From: Candidatus Bipolaricaulota bacterium
Lineage (GTDB): Bacteria; Bipolaricaulota; Bipolaricaulia; RBG-16-55-9; DRXL01
Direction: 5' to 3'
Length of the DNA: 64,000 bases
NCBI GenBank assembly: GCA_030550495.1
Contig: JAUQPG010000004.1
Location: forward strand, 2,476-66,475
Shown here: positions 56,894-64,000 of the stretch, piece by piece
Layout of the letters: each line of letters begins with the position of its first letter
How positions within the stretch are numbered: the stretch's first letter is position 1
Notes under the pieces: generated by a model
What the model saw: only the letters and a program-made list of their open reading frames with translations
Database searches by the model: none
What the model was told of the DNA's origin: nothing
Translations under genes and position numbers: made by a program

Positions 56894-57211
56894 AGCCCCT
56901 TATTCTACCGCATCGTCTCTGGATCTTCATCAGTTACCCTATGGCCGAAATGTCTGAACACTGCTAAGGCCCGGCAAAGCGCGACAACAGCTTTATTAGA
57001 AACGCTCTATTGCCCATACCAGCAAACTCAATAGTAAGAGTAAAGCTGCCAAATATTCGAGCATCTCCCTCAGGTCCCTATCACTGATGAGAGCACTCAG
57101 AGTAAAGCTTTGTGCAGGGGCAGTGGCCAGATTTCGGATCTGTAGAGCGGCCATAGTTACAAAGCAGACAGGCTGCCCAAAGAGCCTACCAACGAATTGA
57201 GGCCGTAGCGG

Positions 57212-57802
57212 TCACTCAGCGCGTTTCTTGAAGATTTGGCTCTCTGTCCCTTGAGAGATTCTGTGAATATTGCTGCGGTGCTGCCAGATCGTTAGCAATC
57301 CCAGGGCACTGAAGAGCCCAAGCAGCTCCAAGGCTGTGACTCCAAAAGTATAGAGCACCCCGGGGATAAGCACTAATGCCACCATTGAGCCGACCGCGAC
57401 ATAGCGCGTCAGCAGCACCGTAGCTATCCAGATTCCTACAGTTACGAGCAGCGCCGGCCAGGAGAAGAACAACAAGAGCCCTAGCGTAGTCGCAACTCCC
57501 TTGCCTCCGGTGAACTTGAGCCAGATGCTCCAGTTGTGCCCTACTACAGCCAGACCCGAAAGCCATAAGGGGGCGCCCAGTGCGCTCGTCAGCCACGCAG
57601 CAGCAACCCCTTTGCCCACGTCCCCTATCAGCGCGAGCGCGCCATAGCCCACCCCGACGACACGCGTGACGTTGGTCGCGCCGACGTTGCCGCTGCCATG
57701 TTGACGAATATCTATATTTTTCAGGCGAGCGACCAGGTAACTAAAGGGCAGAGAGCCTATCAGATAACAGAGCACTCCTGCCCCAAGGGCCTGCCAGTCC
57801 AT
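57212..57802 (-). CDS. plsY: Glycerol-3-phosphate acyltransferase PlsY
   Basis: ...IRQHGSGNVGATNV...GGKGVAT... Confidence 0.92.
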   Translation of the reverse strand: MDWQALGAGVLCYLIGSLPFSYLVARLKNIDIRQHGSGNVGATNVTRVVGVGYGALALIGDVGKGVAAAWLTSALGAPLWLSGLAVVGHNWSIWLKFTGGKGVATTLGLLLFFSWPALLVTVGIWIATVLLTRYVAVGSMVALVLIPGVLYTFGVTALELLGLFSALGLLTIWQHRSNIHRISQGTESQIFKKRAE

Positions 57803-57808
57803 GGAGTC

Positions 57809-59509
57809 TTATGAGCCCTCAGACTCTTTGAGGAGCTCCTTGAGGCCCTTCACGCGCTCCCCCATCGTGATCCCTTCGCGCCCGACATCGCCAGTGAGCA
57901 AGTGCTCTTGTCTATGGAGGTTGCGCATGGAGAGCCGCACCTGGCGCTTCTCCTCGTTGATCCCAATGATGCGCGCCTTGACTACCTGGCCCACCTGCAG
58001 AACGTCTGCCGGGGTCGAGATCCGCTCGTCAGTGATCTCCGAGACGTGAATGAGCCCTTCCACGTCCTCGGTGATCTTCATGAACGCGCCAAATTCTTTC
58101 AGTTCCGTGATCGGCCCCTCGACAATGCTCCCCACAGAATAGCTCTCCAAGAACTTGTGCCAGGGGTCCTCTTGGAGCTCTTTGAGGCTGAGGCGGATCT
58201 TGCGCTTGCTCGCGTCGGATTTGATCACTTTTGCCGTGATCTCTTGGCCCTCCTTGACGACATCGCTGGGTTTATTGACTTTATCCCAGCTCATCTCGGA
58301 GATGTGCAAGAGCGCCTCGACGCCGTCTTCTAGATAGACGAACGCGCCAAAGTCCGTGAGCTTGGTCACGCGCCCCTGGACAATGCTGCCCTCGGGATAT
58401 TTCTCTTCGATCTTCTCCCAGGGGTCGGGCTGAGTGCGCTTCATCGAGAGGCTGACGCGCCGCTCTTGCTCGTTGACGTCGAGCACCACTACCTCGACCT
58501 CTTGCCCGACTTTGACGACTTCTTTGGGATGCTCAGGATAGCCCCACGACAGCTCCGAGATGTGCACTAGGCCCTCGACATCTTCCTCGATGCGCACGAA
58601 CGCGCCGAAGTCCGTCAAGCTGACGACTGTGCCCTTGGTCTTGGTCCCCGCTGGATAGCGCTGCTTGAGACCGATCCACGGATCAGGGCGCAACTGCTTA
58701 ATCGAGAGCGAGATGCGCTCCCTCTCGCGGTCGACCCCGAGCACCTTGACCTTGATCTTGTCGCCGACTTTGTACGTGTTGGGAGGCACAATGGGAATAT
58801 CCTTCCAGCTGATCTCCGAGCGATGGACTAGTCCTTCAAAGCCCCCGACGTCGACGAAGATCCCGAAATCTACGATAGATTTGATCGTGCCCTCGATGAC
58901 CTGGCCAGGTTGGAGCTTATTGAAGAGCTCTTCCTTGCGCTGGCGCTCGAGTTCCTTCAGATACTCCCTATGGGAGACGACGAGATTGCGCTCCCGCCGG
59001 TCTAGCTCTAAGATAATAAATGGCACTTCCTTGCCGCGGAGTTCTTCGATATTGGGGGGCAGGTCGTCGCCGAGGTGCGAGCCGGGCAGGAACGCGCGAA
59101 TCCCTGACTTCAAAAGATTGACGTGATACCCCGCGCCCTTGACCTCGTCCTCGATCGTCCCTGTGATGGGCAGGCGATTGCGATAGGCGCGCTCTAACTC
59201 GCTGATGCGCTTCTCATAGAGCGCAGCTTTCTCGGAGACGTGGATCGTGCCCTCTTCTTCGTCGATGTACGTGATGAGGACTTCGATCTCGTCCCCAGGT
59301 TGGAGCGGCGTCTTGTGGAACGGGGCCAGCTCCGTGGGCTTCATCAGCGCTTCGGACTTGTAGCCGATGTCGACCAAGACGCCCTGGTCGTTCACTTGGA
59401 CTACGCGCCCTTTCAAGATATCTCCGCGCGAATAGGTCAACACGTCTTGATCGTCCAAGAGTGCTTCCATCTGGGACGGCTCTGGTGTCTCTTTGAGTTC
59501 CTCGGACAT
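57809..59509 (-). CDS. rpsA: 30S ribosomal protein S1 (multiple S1 domains)
   Basis: 566 aa with repeated S1 OB-fold motifs (G.V..I.DFGAFV...). Confidence 0.93.
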   Translation of the reverse strand: MSEELKETPEPSQMEALLDDQDVLTYSRGDILKGRVVQVNDQGVLVDIGYKSEALMKPTELAPFHKTPLQPGDEIEVLITYIDEEEGTIHVSEKAALYEKRISELERAYRNRLPITGTIEDEVKGAGYHVNLLKSGIRAFLPGSHLGDDLPPNIEELRGKEVPFIILELDRRERNLVVSHREYLKELERQRKEELFNKLQPGQVIEGTIKSIVDFGIFVDVGGFEGLVHRSEISWKDIPIVPPNTYKVGDKIKVKVLGVDRERERISLSIKQLRPDPWIGLKQRYPAGTKTKGTVVSLTDFGAFVRIEEDVEGLVHISELSWGYPEHPKEVVKVGQEVEVVVLDVNEQERRVSLSMKRTQPDPWEKIEEKYPEGSIVQGRVTKLTDFGAFVYLEDGVEALLHISEMSWDKVNKPSDVVKEGQEITAKVIKSDASKRKIRLSLKELQEDPWHKFLESYSVGSIVEGPITELKEFGAFMKITEDVEGLIHVSEITDERISTPADVLQVGQVVKARIIGINEEKRQVRLSMRNLHRQEHLLTGDVGREGITMGERVKGLKELLKESEGS

Positions 59510-59515
59510 GCTCGA

Positions 59516-60430
59516 TCACCCACTTACTTGAGAGAATTTACTGACCATCTGTTCGATGGCTGTCTGCACGGCCGTGATAGCCTGCGTGGGGGTTGAGGCC
59601 CCCGCTGCGATCCCGATATGCTTCTTCCCCCAAAACCACTCTCCTTTTAGCTCGGATGCGTCTTCAATATGATAGCACGTCGTGTACTGGGAAGCGATCT
59701 CCGCCAGCCGGCATGTGTTAGAGCTGTTCCGACCTCCTACAACGATGACGACATCGCAGCGCTGAGCTAGCTCGCGAGTCGCCTCTTGACGGTCGAACGT
59801 CGCTTGGCATATTGTATTATATGCCCGGACTTCTAGGCAATGCTCAAGCACCCGCCCGATCAGTTGGGCGAATTTCTCATAGGGGTGGGTCGTCTGCGAG
59901 ATGAGCCCCACCCGATCCGACGCTTTGAGTTTGAGTTTGTCTACTTCTTCGGGGCCGGTGATCACGTCCACCTGAGCATTGAGCCCGTCTAGATGGCCGA
60001 GAATACCTTGAATCTCCGGGTGCTCAATGTGCCCCATAATGACGACGCGATAGCCCTGCTCCGCCAGCTCACGGGCAAAGCGTTGAGGGATCGTCACGAG
60101 GGGACACGTCCCGTCATAGATCTCATAGCCCTTCTCTTGGAGGGCTCTCTTGACAGACGGCGCGACGCCGTGAGCGCGAATCAAGACTTTCCGTCGCTGC
60201 CCTGGCGCTAAAGGAGGGAGCTCGTCGTGGGACTTGACGAAGACCATCCCTTTGGCGCGCAATCGAGCTACTTCTTGCGGGTTATGAATCAGCTCTCCTA
60301 AGCAATAGACTGGGCCGTCGGGCGTCTCGTCCAGTAATCTTTCGGCCATCTGCACGATACGCTCCACCCCAAAGCACCACCCGGCGCTGCGCGCGATCTC
60401 GATCGTTGGCTTTGTCGCTGTTGTGATCAT
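59516..60430 (-). CDS. ispH: 4-hydroxy-3-methylbut-2-enyl diphosphate reductase
   Basis: ...AGWCFGVERIV...GELIHNPQ...TCPLV... with Fe-S cysteines. Confidence 0.93.
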   Translation of the reverse strand: MITTATKPTIEIARSAGWCFGVERIVQMAERLLDETPDGPVYCLGELIHNPQEVARLRAKGMVFVKSHDELPPLAPGQRRKVLIRAHGVAPSVKRALQEKGYEIYDGTCPLVTIPQRFARELAEQGYRVVIMGHIEHPEIQGILGHLDGLNAQVDVITGPEEVDKLKLKASDRVGLISQTTHPYEKFAQLIGRVLEHCLEVRAYNTICQATFDRQEATRELAQRCDVVIVVGGRNSSNTCRLAEIASQYTTCYHIEDASELKGEWFWGKKHIGIAAGASTPTQAITAVQTAIEQMVSKFSQVSG

Positions 60431-61089
60431 AAGCTCTCCTGGAGCACAGGAGCGCGCTCCATCCCTACCCTGTCTATGCGCTCCATCAGTAAGTCTGCAA
60501 GCTTTTGATAGCGCTCGTGACGGTCTGAGATCTCTCCCAAATCAAACTCTAAATCTCGCAAGCTGAACGGGGCGCTAATATAAGCTGTGATCTGCGGCCA
60601 TCGAAACGGATATTTAGGGGGATAGGGCCCACGCGCTTCGAAGCGTACCGCGACGAACTCGCTGTTTGTGCGCTCGGCAAAGCGAATCACCCCCGGGTGA
60701 GCCCGCTGAGGCCGCTGCGTCGTCCCCTCAGGGAAGATCCCTACGATCTTGCCAGACCGGATAGCTTCCAAAACCCTGCGCATATCGTCGACCTGGAAGT
60801 GCTCGCGATTGATGGTGATCGCGTAGTGACGCACCCAAAATGCCAGGAATGGGTTCTCTTCTAAGAGCGTCTTGCGCGCTACAAAGTAGATGCGCCGTCG
60901 GTTGCCCAACGCGGTGATCAGGAGCGGGATATCCCAGTAGCTGCGATGGCGCGCTACTAAGAGAAATCCGCCCTGCTGAGGGAGGTTCTCCCGACCGCGC
61001 ACGCGCAACCGAAATAGAATCCGCACGATTGCGCCCAAGACTGGCGCAAGAAGCCAGTAGAAGAACCCCTTGATGGCCTCAGCGTTCAC
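60427..61089 (-). CDS. plsC: 1-acyl-sn-glycerol-3-phosphate acyltransferase
   Basis: H-x4-D motif (ARHRSYWD) and FPEGT. Confidence 0.88.
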   Translation of the reverse strand: MNAEAIKGFFYWLLAPVLGAIVRILFRLRVRGRENLPQQGGFLLVARHRSYWDIPLLITALGNRRRIYFVARKTLLEENPFLAFWVRHYAITINREHFQVDDMRRVLEAIRSGKIVGIFPEGTTQRPQRAHPGVIRFAERTNSEFVAVRFEARGPYPPKYPFRWPQITAYISAPFSLRDLEFDLGEISDRHERYQKLADLLMERIDRVGMERAPVLQESL

Positions 61090-61721
61090 CCGCTCAGTTT
61101 ACCAGACGAGCTCCGTCTCTGCAACGCGGCCTCTACAGCCCGTATAGCTTCAGCGATAACGTCGTTGAGGGTGCGCCCGTCGGTATGGAGAACAATAGTA
61201 TCTGGGGTGATTTGCAAGCGTCCAAAGCCCTGGCCATCGCGCGCGTCGCGAGCGCGCATCTGGGCCAAGACTTCTGCATAGGGGAGTCCTGGACGCTCCT
61301 GGCAACGCCGGCGGGCGCGCTCTTCGAGAGAGGCGTCAAGATAGAGCTTAACGTCAGCGTTGGGAAGCACGACCGACCCGATATCGCGTCCTTCCATGAC
61401 GACGTCTCTGTTTTGGGCGAGCGCGCGCTGCTGCGCGATGAGAAACTCTCGCACGTCGGGGTGGGCTGCCGTCTGCGAGGCGAGCTCGTCCATCTCTTGG
61501 GTATAGAGTTTTTCTGTGACGTCCTCGCCGTTGAGCAAGACGCGCTCATTGGGGCGAATCTCTATCTGTATCTCTGAGAGCTTCAGTCCACGTGAGAGCC
61601 CTAACGCGACGGCGCGGTACATCGCGCCTGTGTTTATCAAAAGACAGCCAAAGCGCCGCGCGAGCGCGCGGGCGACGCTGGTCTTGCCCGATCCAGCCGG
61701 GCCATCAATGGCGATCTGCAT
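61086..61721 (-). CDS. cmk: Cytidylate kinase
   Basis: MQIAIDGPAGSGKTSVARALA...NTGAMYRAV. Confidence 0.93.
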   Translation of the reverse strand: MQIAIDGPAGSGKTSVARALARRFGCLLINTGAMYRAVALGLSRGLKLSEIQIEIRPNERVLLNGEDVTEKLYTQEMDELASQTAAHPDVREFLIAQQRALAQNRDVVMEGRDIGSVVLPNADVKLYLDASLEERARRRCQERPGLPYAEVLAQMRARDARDGQGFGRLQITPDTIVLHTDGRTLNDVIAEAIRAVEAALQRRSSSGKLSG

Positions 61722-61947
61722 GGGCGTGCCCTGGGCTTACAATAAGATCAGTGAAAGGCAGTGCTGTGATCTCAAGCCTAGAGAGATCGACTTTTTGGCT
61801 TGCGTCTTCAATCTCTATGCCGGTCACTTGCCCGGTTTCGTCAAAGTCGAGCACGATCCCGGGCGCAATCTCTTCGGACTCCACGCTGGGCACGTCTTTC
61901 AACTCGACATAGAGCATGTCAGTTTCGGCATCGTATCGGAAGATCAT
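61705..61947 (-). CDS. DUF2283-domain protein (antitoxin-like)
   Basis: 80 aa: MIFRYDAETDMLYVELKD...IVLDFDETGQVTGIEI. Confidence 0.7.
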   Translation of the reverse strand: MIFRYDAETDMLYVELKDVPSVESEEIAPGIVLDFDETGQVTGIEIEDASQKVDLSRLEITALPFTDLIVSPGHAHADRH

Positions 61948-62228
61948 AGTGAACTCTCCTTGGGCTTAAAACCCCGATCAAAGAAAGCGTTGTGGACCGT
62001 CTCTCCGTCGGCTTCTGTCACTACTCGCAAATACTTGTTTGCTTCAGTGATAAAAGCCCAATAGCGTATACGCCCGTTAGGCTGTACTTCTTTGTGCATA
62101 GGATGCTGTAGCACGTGCTCAATCCACTCTATCTTGAGATAAGGACGGCGCACTAAGACGTTCGTCCTAAAGTACTTCGCGGTCTTCATATAATAACGGC
62201 TTAGATAAGTCCTTGCACGCCCTTCCAA
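61944..62228 (-). CDS. DUF4258-domain protein (RelE-superfamily toxin-like). Start uncertain (62228 or 62189).
   Basis: ...IEWIEHVLQHPMHKEVQPNGRIRYWAFITEANKYLRVVTEADGETVHNAFFDRGF. Forms a 4-nt overlap pair with the DUF2283 gene. Confidence 0.6.
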   Translation of the reverse strand: MEGRARTYLSRYYMKTAKYFRTNVLVRRPYLKIEWIEHVLQHPMHKEVQPNGRIRYWAFITEANKYLRVVTEADGETVHNAFFDRGFKPKESSL

Positions 62229-62983
62229 ATCATATTGATTGCTGAGTAGAGCAGCACAACGCCAAAGAGTCGTCTTAGAAAGACTTTCGAGACTTTTGTC
62301 GTGCTCCAGGCCCCAAGCTGCGCCCCAATGATAATCCCCAGTGCCAAGGGAATTGCCAAGTCTATGTGCAGATTTTTTTGGAAGTAGTGCGTCACAGCAG
62401 CGATAAGCGACGACGGCCCCATGACAAAGAGACTCGTGGCGACAGCGCTCACGATATCAACCCCAAGAAAGATATTCATCGCTGGGACCATGACGATCCC
62501 TCCGCCAATTCCGAAGAACCCCGCGGCGATCCCAGCAACTAGTCCGACCAGAGCGCCCAGAATGGGCTTCGGATTCCCCTGAGGGTCAAGACCGCGCCGC
62601 AAGAGCAAGCCCAGCTCTTTGGGCTCTTTCCCCGCGAGCATCAGCGCGGAGACGTAAAGCAATAAGACCCCAAATGCGATGGCGAGCGCGTCGCTCGAGA
62701 TAAATTCTGTCAGAAACGCGCCGAGCCATGCGCCCACCAGCGCCATGGGCAAGAGCGCCAGCGCGAATCTGTAGTCTATCTTCTTTTGTCGGGAGTACGC
62801 GATCGTGCTAGAGATCGAATTAAAGACAATCGCTGCCAAGCTGGTGCCCACGGCTTCTTGAGTCGTATCCACAGAGCCGAAAAAGACCAGAAGCGGGACC
62901 ATGAAGATCCCGCCGCCGACCCCGACCATGCTCGCCACCCACCCAATGGCGATGGCTGCGAAAAATAATAGAATGAATGTCAC
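62201..62983 (-). CDS. TauE/SafE-family sulfite/anion exporter
   Basis: 260 aa with duplicated 4-TM halves and glycine-rich GVGGGIF/GIGGGIV motifs. Confidence 0.85.
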   Translation of the reverse strand: MTFILLFFAAIAIGWVASMVGVGGGIFMVPLLVFFGSVDTTQEAVGTSLAAIVFNSISSTIAYSRQKKIDYRFALALLPMALVGAWLGAFLTEFISSDALAIAFGVLLLYVSALMLAGKEPKELGLLLRRGLDPQGNPKPILGALVGLVAGIAAGFFGIGGGIVMVPAMNIFLGVDIVSAVATSLFVMGPSSLIAAVTHYFQKNLHIDLAIPLALGIIIGAQLGAWSTTKVSKVFLRRLFGVVLLYSAINMIWKGVQGLI

Positions 62984-63018
62984 AGAATTTATCCCTTCGG
63001 ATCTGAAGAATCAAAACC

Positions 63019-63375
63019 CTATACGACCTTGCTCCATATGAGCAATATGAGCAATCCAATTATCCCAATGATGATCAGCGTGATGCCCCCAACGCGCGTT
63101 AGCACCAGGGCACTCTCAGAGGGCCTTGCTTCTTTGAAAAGCCATCGCTGCCCGAACAAGAAAGCATTTTCAGGATCTACGAATGACCATATTCCCTGCA
63201 CTATAGCATTGATCATGAGAAGAACAGCTATCGCGAGAACAAAGGGCTTTATTAATCTGTATTCTAGAGGACTTGCCAGGAACCACAGGAAGACAAGAAC
63301 CAGAAACAAAGCAAGGGCAACACTCCAGAGGATTATGATGAGCTTGCTCATATGTGCCGTGATTCTCTTAAACAT
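63019..63375 (-). CDS. Hypothetical small membrane protein
   Basis: 118 aa with 3-4 hydrophobic helices in an AT-richer stretch. No homology recognised. Confidence 0.4.
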   Translation of the reverse strand: MFKRITAHMSKLIIILWSVALALFLVLVFLWFLASPLEYRLIKPFVLAIAVLLMINAIVQGIWSFVDPENAFLFGQRWLFKEARPSESALVLTRVGGITLIIIGIIGLLILLIWSKVV

Positions 63376-63377
63376 AA

Positions 63378-64000
63378 CTATCGCTTTCGTTTCAAATATC
63401 CCTCAATGAACACATCTAGCTCGCCGTCGAGCACAGCTTGCACATTGCCAACTTCAATCTCCGTGCGATGGTCTTTCACGAGCTGATAGGGCTGCAGAAC
63501 GTACGAACGGATCTGGCTGCCCCACTCAATCGAGCGCAATTCTCCGCGCACTTTCGCAATCTCTTGCTCCTTCTCGCGCAGCTTCAGCTCGTACAAGCGC
63601 GCTGCTAAGACTTCGAGGGCGATCTCCTTGTTCTGCTGCTGGCTGCGCTCCCGTTGGCACGTCACGACGATCCCCGTGGGCAAGTGTGTGATTCTTACGG
63701 CTGATTCGGTCTTGTTGACGTATTGACCTCCGGCACCTCCGGCGCGGAACGTATCGATCTTCAAGTCTTCCGGGCGGATCTCGACGTCGGCTTCTTCGAC
63801 TTTAGGAATCACAGTGACAGCTGCGAATGACGTGTGTCGTCGAGCGTTCGCATCAAACGGCGAGATTCGCACCAAGCGATGGACGCCGCGCTCGGCCTTT
63901 AAGTACCCATACGCATAGGGGCCTTGGACTTCGACTGTAGCGCTCTTGATCCCCGCGACCTCACCGGGGCTGACTTCAATAATACTAGCCCGCCAGCCCC
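63378..64000 (-). CDS. prfB: Peptide chain release factor 2, partial (N-terminus beyond window end)
   Basis: ...[24 protein letters not shown]... (RF2-specific SPFD..RRHTSF) and [26 protein letters not shown] (GGQ motif). The frame stays open to position 64000. Confidence 0.9.
   Translation of the reverse strand, partial: GWRASIIEVSPGEVAGIKSATVEVQGPYAYGYLKAERGVHRLVRISPFDANARRHTSFAAVTVIPKVEEADVEIRPEDLKIDTFRAGGAGGQYVNKTESAVRITHLPTGIVVTCQRERSQQQNKEIALEVLAARLYELKLREKEQEIAKVRGELRSIEWGSQIRSYVLQPYQLVKDHRTEIEVGNVQAVLDGELDVFIEGYLKRKR

Noticed and set aside
55465-57134. 10-bp direct repeat GGCCAGATTT considered as proof of a mobile-element insertion
   Set aside because: A 10-mer match in 64 kb can occur by chance and no integrase or transposase is present. 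It is kept only as a weak observation in the findings.

Overview
This is a high-GC (~60%) bacterial chromosomal window of about 64 kb, densely coding on both strands. No CRISPR array and no transposase were seen.

Housekeeping core:
- uvrA, tpiA, the rpsF-ssb-rpsR operon, eno-ftsB-dnaE, and a YvcK/CofD-like gene followed by a class-V aminotransferase.
- A minus-strand carA-carB-pyrB-pyrI pyrimidine operon that continues directly into thpR (2H phosphoesterase) and archease.
- rtcA lies divergent to an archaeal-type FAU-1-like RNase E/G+DUF402 gene.
- A cmk-plsC-ispH-rpsA-plsY operon, a partial prfB, and rsfS followed by an LCP-family gene.

Accessory content:
- A DsbA-like gene followed by seven same-strand genes: three uncharacterised membrane or secreted proteins, then a MoxR-like ATPase, a DUF58 gene and two large VWA proteins with BatA/BatB-like architecture.
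- A long plus-strand cluster: prkA, a DUF444 (yeaH/yhbH) gene, spoVR, apbE, a NusG-domain-II gene, a Gx-transporter gene, an IMPase-family gene and asnS.
- Four toxin-antitoxin-like modules: a decayed RelE/ParE pair, hicBA, HEPN/MNT inside an AT-rich islet, and a DUF4258/DUF2283 pair.

Unusual features:
- The rRNA operon is split: 23S-5S-tRNA-Asn on the minus strand without 16S, driven by a consensus TTGACA-17-TATAAT promoter and flanked by a long processing stem.
- The 23S gene is interrupted at E. coli position 1917 by a ~740-nt group-I-like intron encoding a single-motif LAGLIDADG homing endonuclease. If the P1/P10 pairing is read at face value, its last nucleotide is A rather than the canonical terminal G.
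- tpiA contains a ~53-bp in-frame GC-rich palindrome that adds roughly 13-15 residues to a surface loop.
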